DNA of 64,000 bases from assembly GCA_964605525.1 (NCBI GenBank), contig CAZSCV010000001.1, positions 18,424 to 82,423 of the forward strand, given 5' to 3'. Every line of letters starts with the position of its first letter. Within the stretch, counting starts at the first letter, position 1. A program made the translations under genes and the position numbers. The notes beneath the pieces were generated by a model. It was given only the letters and a program-made list of their open reading frames with translations, was not told the origin of the DNA and did not search any database. Positions 18,238 through 27,832 of this stretch are shown piece after piece. The DNA comes from an uncultured Bdellovibrionales bacterium (lineage in GTDB: Bacteria; Patescibacteriota; Minisyncoccia; Moranbacterales; UBA9337).

Positions 18238-19644
18238 TTAGTTAAAACTGAAAATTTTATTCTTTAAGATTTTTATATCCTCTTCTAATTTTTCATCTTC
18301 TTTTATTTGCCTGCTTATTTTCTTAAATGCATGCAGTGCCGTTGTGTGGTCCCTTCCTCCAAAAATCTCTCCGATGCCAGGATACGACGCATTTAATTCA
18401 GTTCGAATCAAATACATAGCTATTTGCCTGGGAACAGCTACCCTTTTTTTTCTTCCCTTATTTGCAAGTTCTTTTTCTTCGACTCCATAAAATTCTGCAA
18501 TTACTTTAATAATATCAGCATGATTAATTCCTTTCTTTTTTCTGCTGGCGATAATATCAGACAAAACTTCCTTAACGTAAACCATCGAAGGAGTTTTTTT
18601 ATTCAAATCGCAACTGGCTATTACTCTATTTAATGCTCCCTCCAATTCTCGAATATTGTTTTTTATATTTTCTGCAATAAACCTTACTACATCCTCCTCA
18701 AGGAAGAAATTTTTTTCAGCTGATTTTGCCCGTAAAATCGCCATTCTTGTTTCCAAATCCGGACTGCAAACATCCACAATCATCCCTCCCTCAAACCGGC
18801 TTCGCAAGCGATCCTCGAGAACTTGAATTTCCCGGGGAGGTCTGTCGCTACTAATTACAATTTGCTTATTAAGTTGATATAAAAAATTGAAAATATGGAA
18901 AAAAATATCCTGCGTTTTTTCTTTTCCAGAAATAAATTGAATATCATCGATTATCAACAAGCTTATTTTTTGATATTTCTCCTTAAATTGGTCAATTTTT
19001 TGATTTTTAATCGAATCTACCAATTCCGTAGTAAATCTTTCCGAAGAAATATAAATAATATTTTTTTCTGGATTTTTTTGAATAACCTCATTGCCGATTG
19101 CTTGCAAAAGATGGGTTTTCCCTAGTCCGACACCTCCATAAATAAATAATGGATTATACGTATTTCCCAGTTCTTGAGAAACAGCATAACATGCCGCCCT
19201 GGCTAATTCATTATTTTCTCCGACAATGAAATTTTCAAAGGTATATCTGGGATTTATTTGATAAAAAGCTTGCTTTTGCTGGGCTACTCTATATGTATTT
19301 TCTGCGTTATTCAAATCTACTGTATTATTCGTTCGAATGCCGGAAGATTTTTTTATCATATCAATACTCTTTCCGGACATATTTTTTTCTTGCGGATTAT
19401 AAATCATACAGCTGAGCTCCCTGACATCCTCCTGAAAATTACGAATAGCCTTAACTATATTGGCATTAAATTTGTTTTCCAACCATTCCTTGGCAAATCC
19501 ATTCGGCACGCCAACAACAACCTTACCGCTTTCATTAGAAAGAATGACGGTATCCTTAAACCAAGTAATAAATTGCGCTCTTGAAATAGAAAGCTCTATT
19601 TCTCCCAATACAGCCTGCCAAAGTTCTTCGTTGCTCATTGCCAT
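18238..19644 (-). CDS. dnaA: chromosomal replication initiator DnaA
   Basis: Walker A GGVGLGKTHLLQAIGNEV, AAA+ core, and C-terminal DNA-binding domain IAEFYGVEEKELANKGRKKRVAVPRQIAMYLIRTELNASYPGIGEIFGGRDHTTALHAFKKI. Confidence 0.95.
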   Translation of the reverse strand: MAMSNEELWQAVLGEIELSISRAQFITWFKDTVILSNESGKVVVGVPNGFAKEWLENKFNANIVKAIRNFQEDVRELSCMIYNPQEKNMSGKSIDMIKKSSGIRTNNTVDLNNAENTYRVAQQKQAFYQINPRYTFENFIVGENNELARAACYAVSQELGNTYNPLFIYGGVGLGKTHLLQAIGNEVIQKNPEKNIIYISSERFTTELVDSIKNQKIDQFKEKYQKISLLIIDDIQFISGKEKTQDIFFHIFNFLYQLNKQIVISSDRPPREIQVLEDRLRSRFEGGMIVDVCSPDLETRMAILRAKSAEKNFFLEEDVVRFIAENIKNNIRELEGALNRVIASCDLNKKTPSMVYVKEVLSDIIASRKKKGINHADIIKVIAEFYGVEEKELANKGRKKRVAVPRQIAMYLIRTELNASYPGIGEIFGGRDHTTALHAFKKISRQIKEDEKLEEDIKILKNKIFSFN

Positions 19645-20000
19645 TTTTTTGGTAAATAATGCGGATTAGTTAAGACATCTGCAAATCTATGCAAGTGAGG
19701 TAAGTAAAATGGATTATAGCATAATGAAGTTATTCACACTATATTTCTTGTGTATAAATCTGTTGATAACCTGTGTAAAAAAATTATCCACCCTCTTTAT
19801 ATTTTTTATTATACCTCAAATATCCTTTTGTTATCAATAAAATATACCAATTATTTTTTATTAACATTTTTTCTAAAAAACTGTGAGCATTATTGACCTT
19901 TTTCTTTTATGCTGATATACTACACATCAGTCATAATCATAAAGCTCAATCTACAACAGTCTTAATTCTAACAGTCAGGGCTGTTTAGCTGAACAATTCG
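19645..20000. other. oriC-like AT-rich spacer between divergent dnaA and rpmH with degenerate DnaA boxes
   Basis: 9-mers one mismatch from TTATCCACA/TGTGGATAA: TTATTCACA about 19730, TGTGTATAA about 19750, TTATCCACC about 19784. Long A/T tract 19801-19880 is a DUE candidate. Classical rpmH/dnaA divergent arrangement. Confidence 0.5.
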
Positions 20001-20141
20001 ATGTCTACAAAAAGAACATACCAACCGAAAAAACTTCGAAGAAAAAGAAGGCATGGATTCACAAAGAGAATGTCTACTAAAAACGGACAGGAAGTGATAA
20101 AAAGAAGACGCCAGAAAGGGAGAAAAGTTCTTTCGGCTTAA
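20001..20141 (+). CDS. rpmH: 50S ribosomal protein L34
   Basis: Hand-translated (46 aa, below ORF-track cutoff): [46 protein letters not shown]. Canonical L34 sequence, followed by rnpA. Confidence 0.9.
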   Translation: MSTKRTYQPKKLRRKRRHGFTKRMSTKNGQEVIKRRRQKGRKVLSA

Positions 20142-20155
20142 TCTTAGTCAGCTCA

Positions 20156-20506
20156 ATGTTACCAAAAAAGAATCGCCTGCTAAAATCAGAAGACTTCAAA
20201 AATACTTCCTCACGCGGAAGCTATTTTTCTTTTCAAAATCTCTCCTTGAAATTCAAAAAAAACAACCTGCCCTACTCTCGCATAGGTTTTTCGATAGGAA
20301 AAACCATTTCTTCAAAGGCAGTCGAACGCAATCGCGTCAAGCGACTTCTCAGAGAATCTTTTCATCAATTTTTACTAGAAATTACCCCCGGATTCGATAT
20401 TGTGGTATATTTTAAGAGAGATAATGAATCGTCCATACTAATTGATGGTAAAAAAACTTCCGAGAGGATACATTTTTTACTAAAAAAAACAGGTTTGCTC
20501 AAGTAA
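20156..20506 (+). CDS. rnpA: ribonuclease P protein component
   Basis: 116-aa basic protein MLPKKNRLLKSEDFKNTSSRGSYFSFQNLSL...AVERNRVKRLLRESF, directly after rpmH. Confidence 0.8.
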   Translation: MLPKKNRLLKSEDFKNTSSRGSYFSFQNLSLKFKKNNLPYSRIGFSIGKTISSKAVERNRVKRLLRESFHQFLLEITPGFDIVVYFKRDNESSILIDGKKTSERIHFLLKKTGLLK

Positions 20507-20605
20507 AAAGTTAATTTTTCTAAAAAATAATACTCGATAGCTCTGGATTAATCTTTTGTAATTTATTAAATTGCATTGAAAAAATCTTAAGCGCGCAAAA
20601 ATAAA

Positions 20606-21319
20606 ATGTCTGCACTTTTCTCCATCTTCGTTTCTCAGCCAATCTTGAACACCCTGGTTTTCCTATACAATATAATCCCAGGACACGATTTTGGAATAGC
20701 CATCATACTTACCACAATCATATTAAAATCAGTCCTGCTGCCTCTTTCAAAAAAACAAATAGAATCCCAGAAAAAACTCCAAGATCTCCAGCCTCAAATA
20801 AAAGAATTGCAAGAAAAAAATAAAAATGACAAAGAAAAGCAAACAAAGGAGCTAATGCAGTTTTACAAAGATAATAAAGTTAATCCGTTTGGTGGATGCC
20901 TGCCATTAATTGTTCAATTGATTTTTTTAATTGCCATTTATCGCATTATTATCCAAATTTCCGCTTCCGGTTTCATTATTAATGGACAAAATTTATACTC
21001 TTTTGTTGCTAATCCCGGCAATATAAACCATCTTTTCATTGGATTGGTAGACCTTACGAAACCTAATATCATTTTAGCTGTTTTAGCTGCAGCTGCCCAA
21101 TTTTGGCAAACAAAAATGCTTATGCAAAAACAGCCCATATCTCCTGCCAAAGACGGTGCGCCTGATTTTGCTCAAATGATGAGCAAGCAGATGCTATTTC
21201 TCGGACCGATTATGACACTCTTTATTGGAATAAAATTCGCCGCCGGCCTGGCTCTTTATTGGTTGGTTTCCACTCTTTTCGCCGTATTCCAGCAGCTTTA
21301 TATTTTCAAAAAAAAATAA
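20606..21319 (+). CDS. yidC: membrane protein insertase YidC (short form)
   Basis: 237 aa, 5 TM. GIAIILTTIILKSVLLPLSKKQIESQKKLQDLQPQIKELQEK and conserved FGGCLPLIVQLIFLIAIY and WLVSTLFAVFQQLYIF motifs. In the rpmH-rnpA-yidC-jag operon. Confidence 0.8.
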   Translation: MSALFSIFVSQPILNTLVFLYNIIPGHDFGIAIILTTIILKSVLLPLSKKQIESQKKLQDLQPQIKELQEKNKNDKEKQTKELMQFYKDNKVNPFGGCLPLIVQLIFLIAIYRIIIQISASGFIINGQNLYSFVANPGNINHLFIGLVDLTKPNIILAVLAAAAQFWQTKMLMQKQPISPAKDGAPDFAQMMSKQMLFLGPIMTLFIGIKFAAGLALYWLVSTLFAVFQQLYIFKKK

Positions 21320-21384
21320 TTCAAAACAATGCTTCAACTATTCCTTTTTTCTGGCTTTCTGCTATCATTATAAAAAGATAAATA

Positions 21385-21876
21385 ATGAATTTACAAATAT
21401 CTATGAATGAAAATAACAGCGAAATCATCCAGAAATCAGTTAAGGAAATTCTTTCTTTAATGGGGTTTGACTGCCAAGTGGAAATAAAGACTGAAACCAT
21501 AGATGACCAAGAAAGCATGGTTTGCAATGTTTTAATTGAGGAGGATTCAAATTTCATTATCGGTCAGCATGGAACAAACCTCCAATCGCTCCAGCATATC
21601 GCCCGATTGATTACTAGAAAAAAAACAGACGATCCTGTGAAATTCATCCTGGATGTTAATTCTTATCGCCAACAAAAAAACCAGGACATTATCGAACAAG
21701 CCCGGGAGTTGGCAAAACAAGCGTTGAGAGAGAAGAAATCCGTTGCCATGCGCCCAATGTCTGCTTATGAGAGAAGACTGGTTCATATGGAATTCAGTGG
21801 AAGTGAAGACATCTCTACTGAAAGTATTGGCGAAGGGGAAGAAAAAAAAATCATTATCAGACCTTCCTCAATCTAA
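21385..21876 (+). CDS. jag: Jag/KhpB-like RNA-binding protein (KH and R3H domains)
   Basis: 163 aa after yidC. R3H-like ...RPMSAYERRLVHMEFSGSEDISTESIGEGEEKKIIIRP at the C-terminus. Confidence 0.7.
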   Translation: MNLQISMNENNSEIIQKSVKEILSLMGFDCQVEIKTETIDDQESMVCNVLIEEDSNFIIGQHGTNLQSLQHIARLITRKKTDDPVKFILDVNSYRQQKNQDIIEQARELAKQALREKKSVAMRPMSAYERRLVHMEFSGSEDISTESIGEGEEKKIIIRPSSI

Positions 21877-21915
21877 CCACAAAACTTGTTTTTACATTTT
21901 GAATTTTTTTATACT

Positions 21916-23334
21916 ATGCTCGCCAGAAAAATAGCTTATAATGTCGCTTTCAATGCGACTACGAAAGTACTTTCCACGATCTTGGCACTTGTTGGAATCG
22001 GTTTCATCACTCGCTATCTGGGGCAAGAAGGATTCGGGGAATACGCCACCGCTTTGGCGTTTTTTTCCTTTTTTGGAGCATTGGCGGATTTGGGACTTTA
22101 CTCCGTCGCTACCCGCGAAATTTCACGCGAAGGCGCTAACGAAGATGAAATTATCGGAAATGTTTTTTCTTTGCGCATTTTTACCGCGATGTTGGTTTTT
22201 ATTATTTCCCCCTTGATAATATACTTCTTCCCATATTCGCCGGAAGTAAAGAAAGCGATTCTGCTGACCGCCGCCGCTTTTGTTTTTTCTTCCGGATACA
22301 TGGTTCTTAATGGAATTTTCCAGAAAAATCTGACAATGTACCGGGTCGCAATTGTCGAACTGGTTGGAAAAGTCTTGCAAACAGGAATAATAATCATAGC
22401 AGTTGTAAGAGATTGGGGATTTTTAGCTATAATGTCTTCTCTTTTGGCATATATGGCGTTTAATTTCTTTTTTGTATTATTGCTTAGCCGGAAATATGTC
22501 AAATTTCATTTGCATTTTAATTTTCCTTATTGGAAAAAATTCCTTAAAATGTCCGCCCCAATGGGAATTTCCGTCATCATCACCTTTCTTTATTTCAAAA
22601 TGGACACAATTTTACTTTCAGTGTTAAAAGGCAGTGCAGAAGTGGGAATATACAACGCCGCTTACAAAATCCTTGAAAACATCACTTTTTTTCCTGCAAT
22701 GATTGTCGGTCTCACTCTTCCGCTCACTTCAAAATTTATTTTCACAGACAAAAAGAAATTCGCAGAAATTTCCAACAAAACCGCCAAAGTATTTTTTCTA
22801 CTGATCATTCCTTTGTTTGTCGCGGTTATGTTTTTGGCCGAAGATATTATGCTCCTTATCGGTGGCGCTGAATTTGCCGTTTCCGCCAATACTTTGCGTA
22901 TTTTGATAATCGCTCTTGTGTTTATTTTCTTTGGAAACTTCTTCAACAATATTCTTTTGGCGGGCAACTTACAAAAGAAAATGATGGTTGCCTTGGGATT
23001 TTGCGCCGCTTTCAATATCGGCGCCAACTTTGTGATGATTCCGCTTTATTCCTATACTGGAGCCGCCATCACTTCGGCGCTGACTGAAATGCTGGTCATT
23101 GCCATAACCTCCTTTTTAGTCTTTAAATACTTAGATTACGTTCCTAAAATTGAAAACTGGCTACGCTTTGTTTTTTCCGGCTTGATGATGGCAATATTTT
23201 TGTTTTTATTCCGCGGTCAAAATTTCTTCCTCCTCGCCCTCGGCTCCAGCGCCATCTATTTTCTCTTCCTCTGGCTAACCCGAGCCATCACCGCCACCGA
23301 AATCAAAAGCATTATGCAAAAAGACGTTGCGTGA
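21916..23334 (+). CDS. polysaccharide/oligosaccharide flippase (Wzx/MurJ-like MOP superfamily)
   Basis: About 470 aa, 12-14 TM. MLARKIAYNVAFNATTKVLSTILALVGIGFITRYLGQEGFGEYATALAFFSFFGALADLGL is typical of the PST/Wzx family. Start set at second M (21916). Confidence 0.6.
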   Translation: MLARKIAYNVAFNATTKVLSTILALVGIGFITRYLGQEGFGEYATALAFFSFFGALADLGLYSVATREISREGANEDEIIGNVFSLRIFTAMLVFIISPLIIYFFPYSPEVKKAILLTAAAFVFSSGYMVLNGIFQKNLTMYRVAIVELVGKVLQTGIIIIAVVRDWGFLAIMSSLLAYMAFNFFFVLLLSRKYVKFHLHFNFPYWKKFLKMSAPMGISVIITFLYFKMDTILLSVLKGSAEVGIYNAAYKILENITFFPAMIVGLTLPLTSKFIFTDKKKFAEISNKTAKVFFLLIIPLFVAVMFLAEDIMLLIGGAEFAVSANTLRILIIALVFIFFGNFFNNILLAGNLQKKMMVALGFCAAFNIGANFVMIPLYSYTGAAITSALTEMLVIAITSFLVFKYLDYVPKIENWLRFVFSGLMMAIFLFLFRGQNFFLLALGSSAIYFLFLWLTRAITATEIKSIMQKDVA

Positions 23335-23348
23335 AAATTTTACAATTA

Positions 23349-23388
23349 AAAAAAGTCCGAGAGAGTTTTCTCTCGGACTTTTATTTTT
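23349..23388. terminator. bidirectional rho-independent terminator between convergent genes
   Basis: AAAAA GTCCGAGAGAG ttt CTCTCGGAC TTTTATTTTT. Perfect 11-bp stem flanked by A- and T-runs. Confidence 0.6.
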
Positions 23389-23391
23389 CAA

Positions 23392-24519
23392 TTACCACAA
23401 CCCAGCTCGCTTCCGATAGGCCTCAATCTCCGCAAGAGTTCTTTCAATGCCGCCAAAGAGTTCAGGAAAAAGAAATTCATACTGCCCGGCATGAAGCTGG
23501 AGAAAATCAGAAATAACTGGGAGCGGCAAATTCTCCAAAGAACGAAATAAAAAATTTGCCAATCCCCTTTTACTTTTCGAAAGATCTTTCCATTCCACAT
23601 CAGTAAAAACCCTGTGCAATATTCGCAAAGCCTCGCTCTTTCTATTGCTCATTGTGCCAACTCTTTTTAGCAGTTTTAAAAGAGAAATATACAAAATATC
23701 ATCCGCTTCTTCTATAGCCGCTATTAATCGTTCTAATCCAACGACACTAATAAACAAAGAGCGATCCCATTCCCTGAGATTAACTACGTAACTTTCTTTG
23801 TTTTGAATTGTGATTATTGGTATCATATTCAATCTTTCGATTGTTCCAATATCCAGCCACTGACCATTTGGCAATAAATACAAAAATTCATTACGATATC
23901 CCCAAGGAACAACAATATTGTACCAGTTAGATGTGAGATAATTATCCCTCGTATCAACCCCTTCGAGCTGATTTTCCATAAGTCCACATTTCGAAAAGGT
24001 ATCGCGCAAACAATCTTCGTCTATATAGGCATCGACGAGAACTTTCCTCTCCTGTTTTTCTTTTTTTCGACTCATTTCGATGTTGCTAGCCGTATTTCCG
24101 GAAAAATAAGTGACCTTGATTCTTGATTGATCTAAGCCGATTGCGATAAAAAAATCCAGCATAGTCCTTACAATCCCTTCATAACAAGTCCTTGCGCTAT
24201 CAACACCAATGACCTTTCCGCCCGCAATTGTCGCAAGAGTAAAAAGTCCCAAGTGCTGTCCGTTGCCATTAACATCACGGCAATAAAAATTCTCAAAATC
24301 TCGCATCCTAATCGCCGGCTGAATTTTTTGGAAATTATCGCCAATTGCAATATCGACAAAATTTCCGTATTTTTCAAACCATTGCATTTCATCTAAGCAA
24401 TAACAGAACTGCCCTGGATATAATGGCGATGAAATAGGTGTGTTTTTCAAAATTGAAATACCACTATTCTTATGAATAATCTTGATTTTCTCCATTACTA
24501 TTTTAGCGGTTTTCTCCAT
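23392..24519 (-). CDS. stand-alone class II aminoacyl-tRNA-synthetase-like catalytic core (AlaRS-like signatures); function unknown
   Basis: 375 aa. Class II motif-2-like WGYRNEFLYLLPNGQWLDIGTIERL. Motif-3-like FISVVGLERLIAAIEE. FEKYGNF...GDNFQK resembles the AlaRS FEMLGNFSFGDYFK block. No anticodon-binding, editing or C-Ala domains. Confidence 0.4.
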   Translation of the reverse strand: MEKTAKIVMEKIKIIHKNSGISILKNTPISSPLYPGQFCYCLDEMQWFEKYGNFVDIAIGDNFQKIQPAIRMRDFENFYCRDVNGNGQHLGLFTLATIAGGKVIGVDSARTCYEGIVRTMLDFFIAIGLDQSRIKVTYFSGNTASNIEMSRKKEKQERKVLVDAYIDEDCLRDTFSKCGLMENQLEGVDTRDNYLTSNWYNIVVPWGYRNEFLYLLPNGQWLDIGTIERLNMIPIITIQNKESYVVNLREWDRSLFISVVGLERLIAAIEEADDILYISLLKLLKRVGTMSNRKSEALRILHRVFTDVEWKDLSKSKRGLANFLFRSLENLPLPVISDFLQLHAGQYEFLFPELFGGIERTLAEIEAYRKRAGLW

Positions 24520-24715
24520 TGAGATTCTCCTGTTAATTTATGGGTTTCAAGTTTAACTATTATGTTTTCAAAGATCAACAAGCAAGCATATCATTTCCAA
24601 TAGAATAAACAATAAAATTGCCCGTTTTTATTATTTTGTTGACTTTTTGCTTAATATAAAGTATAATTAAGCTATAAAAAAACGGCGGTTTTGCCGTCAT
24701 TAATAAAAATATCTT

Positions 24716-25453
24716 ATGAGTATCCTTAATAAACTTCAAAAACTCAGCCTAAGCGAAATCCAGTCCAAAGCGTATATTGCCCTTTTACAGATTGGCGAGG
24801 GCAGCGCTTTGCAAGTTTCCCGCAATGCAAACCTCCCAAAATCAACGGTTTTTGAAACGCTTAAATCCCTTAACGGATTAAATCTAATTTCTAAGAGGTC
24901 ACAAGGGAACAAAAATATTTTCTTTGTTTCAGATCCACGCATTATCTTGGATAACATAAAAGAACAAGCACGAACAGCTGAAGACATCCTTCCGGAACTT
25001 CGCGGACTATACAAAGCTTTTAACAAAAATGCGCAAGTACGTTTTTTTGAAGGACCAAAAGCTATTGAAATAATTATAAACGAAACATTGATGGAAGCAA
25101 AAGAATTAAAATTAATAGGATCTATTTCTGATACAGTTGAATTCTACCCTAAATACTTTCCCCGATTCTCAATACAACGCGTTAAACGCAAAATACCTCT
25201 TCGTATACTCACAAACGACTCAGAGACAGCACAAGAAAATATTCTTCTAGATAAAAGAAAATTGCGCACAACCAAAATAATCCAAAATAAAGAATTTTCC
25301 TCAATGATTTGGATGTGGTCTGGTAAAATCGGCATAATTGCCACGCGAGGAAAACAATTTGCGATGGTTATCGATGAACCCGGAATATTCGGCATTCAAA
25401 CCGCAATGTTTGATTTAATTTGGGATTCGCTTCCGGAAAGTAAACAATATTGA
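24716..25453 (+). CDS. TrmB-like winged-helix transcriptional regulator, paralog 2 of 7
   Basis: SEIQSKAYIALLQIGEGSALQVSRNANLPKSTVFETLKSLNGLNLISK wHTH. Conserved C-terminal block ...FAMVIDEPGIFGIQTAMFDLIWDSLPE. Promoter TTGACT-N17-TATAAT at about 24628-24656. Small GC hairpin ACGGCGgttttGCCGT in the leader. Confidence 0.7.
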   Translation: MSILNKLQKLSLSEIQSKAYIALLQIGEGSALQVSRNANLPKSTVFETLKSLNGLNLISKRSQGNKNIFFVSDPRIILDNIKEQARTAEDILPELRGLYKAFNKNAQVRFFEGPKAIEIIINETLMEAKELKLIGSISDTVEFYPKYFPRFSIQRVKRKIPLRILTNDSETAQENILLDKRKLRTTKIIQNKEFSSMIWMWSGKIGIIATRGKQFAMVIDEPGIFGIQTAMFDLIWDSLPESKQY

Positions 25454-25479
25454 TTTAATATTTTCCAATTCTTCCAAAA

Positions 25480-26250
25480 TTACTTTTGCGACAGTGTCCA
25501 AAGTTTTTTGAACATTTCACGCATATTGAAAGCTAGCGCATGATCATGCAGTTCTACTAGATAAAATGGGTGCTGCCGCGTGTTTATCATTATTAAATAA
25601 TCCCCAGCTACCCATACGCTTGAAGTGAAATTGAGATCATCCGCAAAACGCACATCCCTTTTATGCTTGAAATTTTTTTTAGCTTGCTTTTTCTCTATTT
25701 CTGACACATTGGTAAAAATTTGCCCGCGAAGATTCTTAGCATACGGCGTCTCCCATGAAGCATTTATCCATTTTTCGTAATTTTCCACGAAGCTATGATC
25801 CTGAAATCCCCACCAAACTCCATCAGACCCGACAACTGCCTTTGACCACTTGATCAAATTATCAAAAAGAAATTTTTCCAATCCATCCTCTTCAATAAAA
25901 ACAATTTTAGGAACAGGATATAGTTTTTCCGCGGTAATCAGATTCAGCTCCCCGACAGCCTTTTTTATCAAAACCTCTTTGTCTTTGATTTCCCGACGCA
26001 TCTGATCCAAGATTTTTTCTAAATTTTTAGGCGGCAAAGGGACATAATACAACGATTTGGAACTTATATCTTCAGCTATGATGCCCTTTGACAACAAATT
26101 TCCCGCAACGCTATACAAAGTCGCCCTGTTTAATTTCGTAATTTTCGCCAAAACAGCAGGCTTTACCTTGCCGCTTTTCAATAAGGCTAGGTAAACTTTG
26201 ATTTCTTTGTCATTCAAGCCTAGATTTTTCAAAATTTGATGGATACTCAT
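25480..26250 (-). CDS. TrmB-like winged-helix transcriptional regulator, paralog 3 of 7
   Basis: DKEIKVYLALLKSGKVKPAVLAKITKLNRATLYSVAGNLLSKGII wHTH. Conserved C-terminal block. Promoter TTGACA-N17-TATAAT ends 6 nt before ATG (near-leaderless). Surrounded by a 30-bp near-palindrome centred on CAATTG. Confidence 0.7.
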   Translation of the reverse strand: MSIHQILKNLGLNDKEIKVYLALLKSGKVKPAVLAKITKLNRATLYSVAGNLLSKGIIAEDISSKSLYYVPLPPKNLEKILDQMRREIKDKEVLIKKAVGELNLITAEKLYPVPKIVFIEEDGLEKFLFDNLIKWSKAVVGSDGVWWGFQDHSFVENYEKWINASWETPYAKNLRGQIFTNVSEIEKKQAKKNFKHKRDVRFADDLNFTSSVWVAGDYLIMINTRQHPFYLVELHDHALAFNMREMFKKLWTLSQK

Positions 26251-26417
26251 ATGTCCATTATACTCTGTTGTTGAAATATTGTCAACAATTGTTCGACAAA
26301 TATTGACAATATTTTTATTTTGGACTATATTGCCCTATTGTGATGGAATTGTCCACCATAATACCTATTCTTTAAAAATCAAATAATTCGAAACAATCAT
26401 TAAATCAGGAGGAAATT

Positions 26418-26840
26418 ATGACTTGGCAAATTTACCTATTTCTAACAATTTTGTTCTGGGGCGGATACAATATTTCCTATAGGTTCACAACAAATAAAAT
26501 AGATTTTGCGCTTTTATTATTCATAGTTGGAATAGTACATGCATTAACAGCTATCCCTTGGGCAGTGTCTGGTTACATGAAAAAAGGATTCATACTTCAT
26601 TCCGATAGCGGCATTAGTATAGCCATTCTCATGGGAGTTTTTATGACTTTAGGTGGAATAGCTTTTACTCGCGCCTTTAGTTTGGGAATCCCAGTTTCTG
26701 TGGCTACGCCAGGATACAGCGTCGGAGTTATACTTCTGAGCGCCATTACTGGGATTGTTTTAGGTGAATCACTTACACTGCAATGGGTTGTAGGAATGAT
26801 TATGGGCATAGTGTCGGTTTATCTTTTAACAATAAAATAG
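26418..26840 (+). CDS. EamA-like small DMT-family membrane protein (4 TM)
   Basis: CAGGAGG RBS. 140 aa, four hydrophobic helices, MTWQIYLFLTILFWGGYNISYRF is an EamA-like N-terminus. Confidence 0.5.
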   Translation: MTWQIYLFLTILFWGGYNISYRFTTNKIDFALLLFIVGIVHALTAIPWAVSGYMKKGFILHSDSGISIAILMGVFMTLGGIAFTRAFSLGIPVSVATPGYSVGVILLSAITGIVLGESLTLQWVVGMIMGIVSVYLLTIK

Positions 26841-26851
26841 GGGGGAAAGTT

Positions 26852-27421
26852 ATGAAAAAAATTATTTTATTGGCAATCTTGTACATTAGTCTTACGACAA
26901 ATATTGTCATGGCAACTACTCCGATTTCAGGAGATGTAGAAGTGCGCGAAATCGTCACTAGCAATAAATCTTCCCAGCAATTGAATTTCTATGGATCTAG
27001 CTTGGTTGATGGGAACATCCTTGGCATCTCCGGAGTTGCCAGCGTCAGCAAGGATTATTCCGAAGCATACATCGGACCGATTTGGATGCCCGCACCATGG
27101 ATTTCCCTCGAAGCCGGCGTCGGACTTCAACAGATTGAAAATGGATCACCATTGAGATATGCCTTGGCAGGCTGGATCGGAAATTCGATCGGATCCCTCT
27201 ACTACATCCGGGAAATGGGCGCCGACAGTGATGACTGGTGGGAAAAGTTGCGGATATTTGCCAATCTCGGAGAATTTGCCAAAATTGGCGTTGTTTACGA
27301 GAAGGGATATGATTGGGGACCGATAATCGAAATTCCAATCCCATCATCCCGATTCAAAATTCGGGCAACCTGGCACCCCGAACCAAATATCGCACACTTC
27401 AGTTTGTTTTTTAACTTCTAA
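26852..27421 (+). CDS. secreted protein with signal peptide and aromatic C-terminus (possible beta-barrel)
   Basis: GGGGGGAAAG RBS. MKKIILLAILYISLTTNIVMA signal peptide. Alternating hydrophobic pattern. C-terminus ...HFSLFFNF ends in Phe, an OMP-like signature. Terminator-like hairpin AAGCGG...CCGCTTTTT at about 27452-27480. Confidence 0.5.
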   Translation: MKKIILLAILYISLTTNIVMATTPISGDVEVREIVTSNKSSQQLNFYGSSLVDGNILGISGVASVSKDYSEAYIGPIWMPAPWISLEAGVGLQQIENGSPLRYALAGWIGNSIGSLYYIREMGADSDDWWEKLRIFANLGEFAKIGVVYEKGYDWGPIIEIPIPSSRFKIRATWHPEPNIAHFSLFFNF

Positions 27422-27571
27422 TTTAGGAGATTTTATATCCAGATCTAACGAAAGCGGCACCAAATGGCACCGCTTTTTATATTTATCAAGTAATAAAAAA
27501 ACAGGAGGCCAGCGCTATGCGCAAAGCCTCCTATGCAACTTGTCTTCACGAAATCAAGGAATTATCTCCTT

Positions 27572-27760
27572 TTATAAGGGGCCGCTATAGAACCCCTTAT
27601 CACGATAATCCCTATCATTATCTCGGGAAAGCTCTTTGATAATTCTATCGATTGCTCCTTTTTCTTCTCCTGTAAAACCTTTCATTTCCTCAAGTTCTTC
27701 TCCACGTTCAATTGATGAATGATCACACATTTGTCTACCACAAATTTTACAACATTTCAT
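27572..27760 (-). CDS. small Cys-rich acidic protein (62 aa)
   Basis: GGGAGG RBS immediately upstream of ATG. MKCCKICGRQMCDHSSIERGEELEEMKGFTGEEKG... has 5 Cys and 1 His in the first 14 residues. Own terminator (AGGAGGC...GCCTCCT plus T-run on minus strand, about 27505-27535). Lies 72 nt downstream of TrmB paralog 4. Confidence 0.4.
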   Translation of the reverse strand: MKCCKICGRQMCDHSSIERGEELEEMKGFTGEEKGAIDRIIKELSRDNDRDYRDKGFYSGPL

Positions 27761-27832
27761 CTTTCTACCTCCCTTGTTAAATTAAAATCTATTACCACCC
27801 TCACACACCTCTTAAATAGATTTCTGACTTCC

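Noticed and set aside
27761-27832. Inverted repeat AAATCTATT...AATAGATTT between TrmB paralog 4 and the small Cys-rich gene as an attenuator
   Set aside because: The 9-bp arms are separated by a 24-nt loop in very AT-rich sequence. Too weak to call without comparative support.
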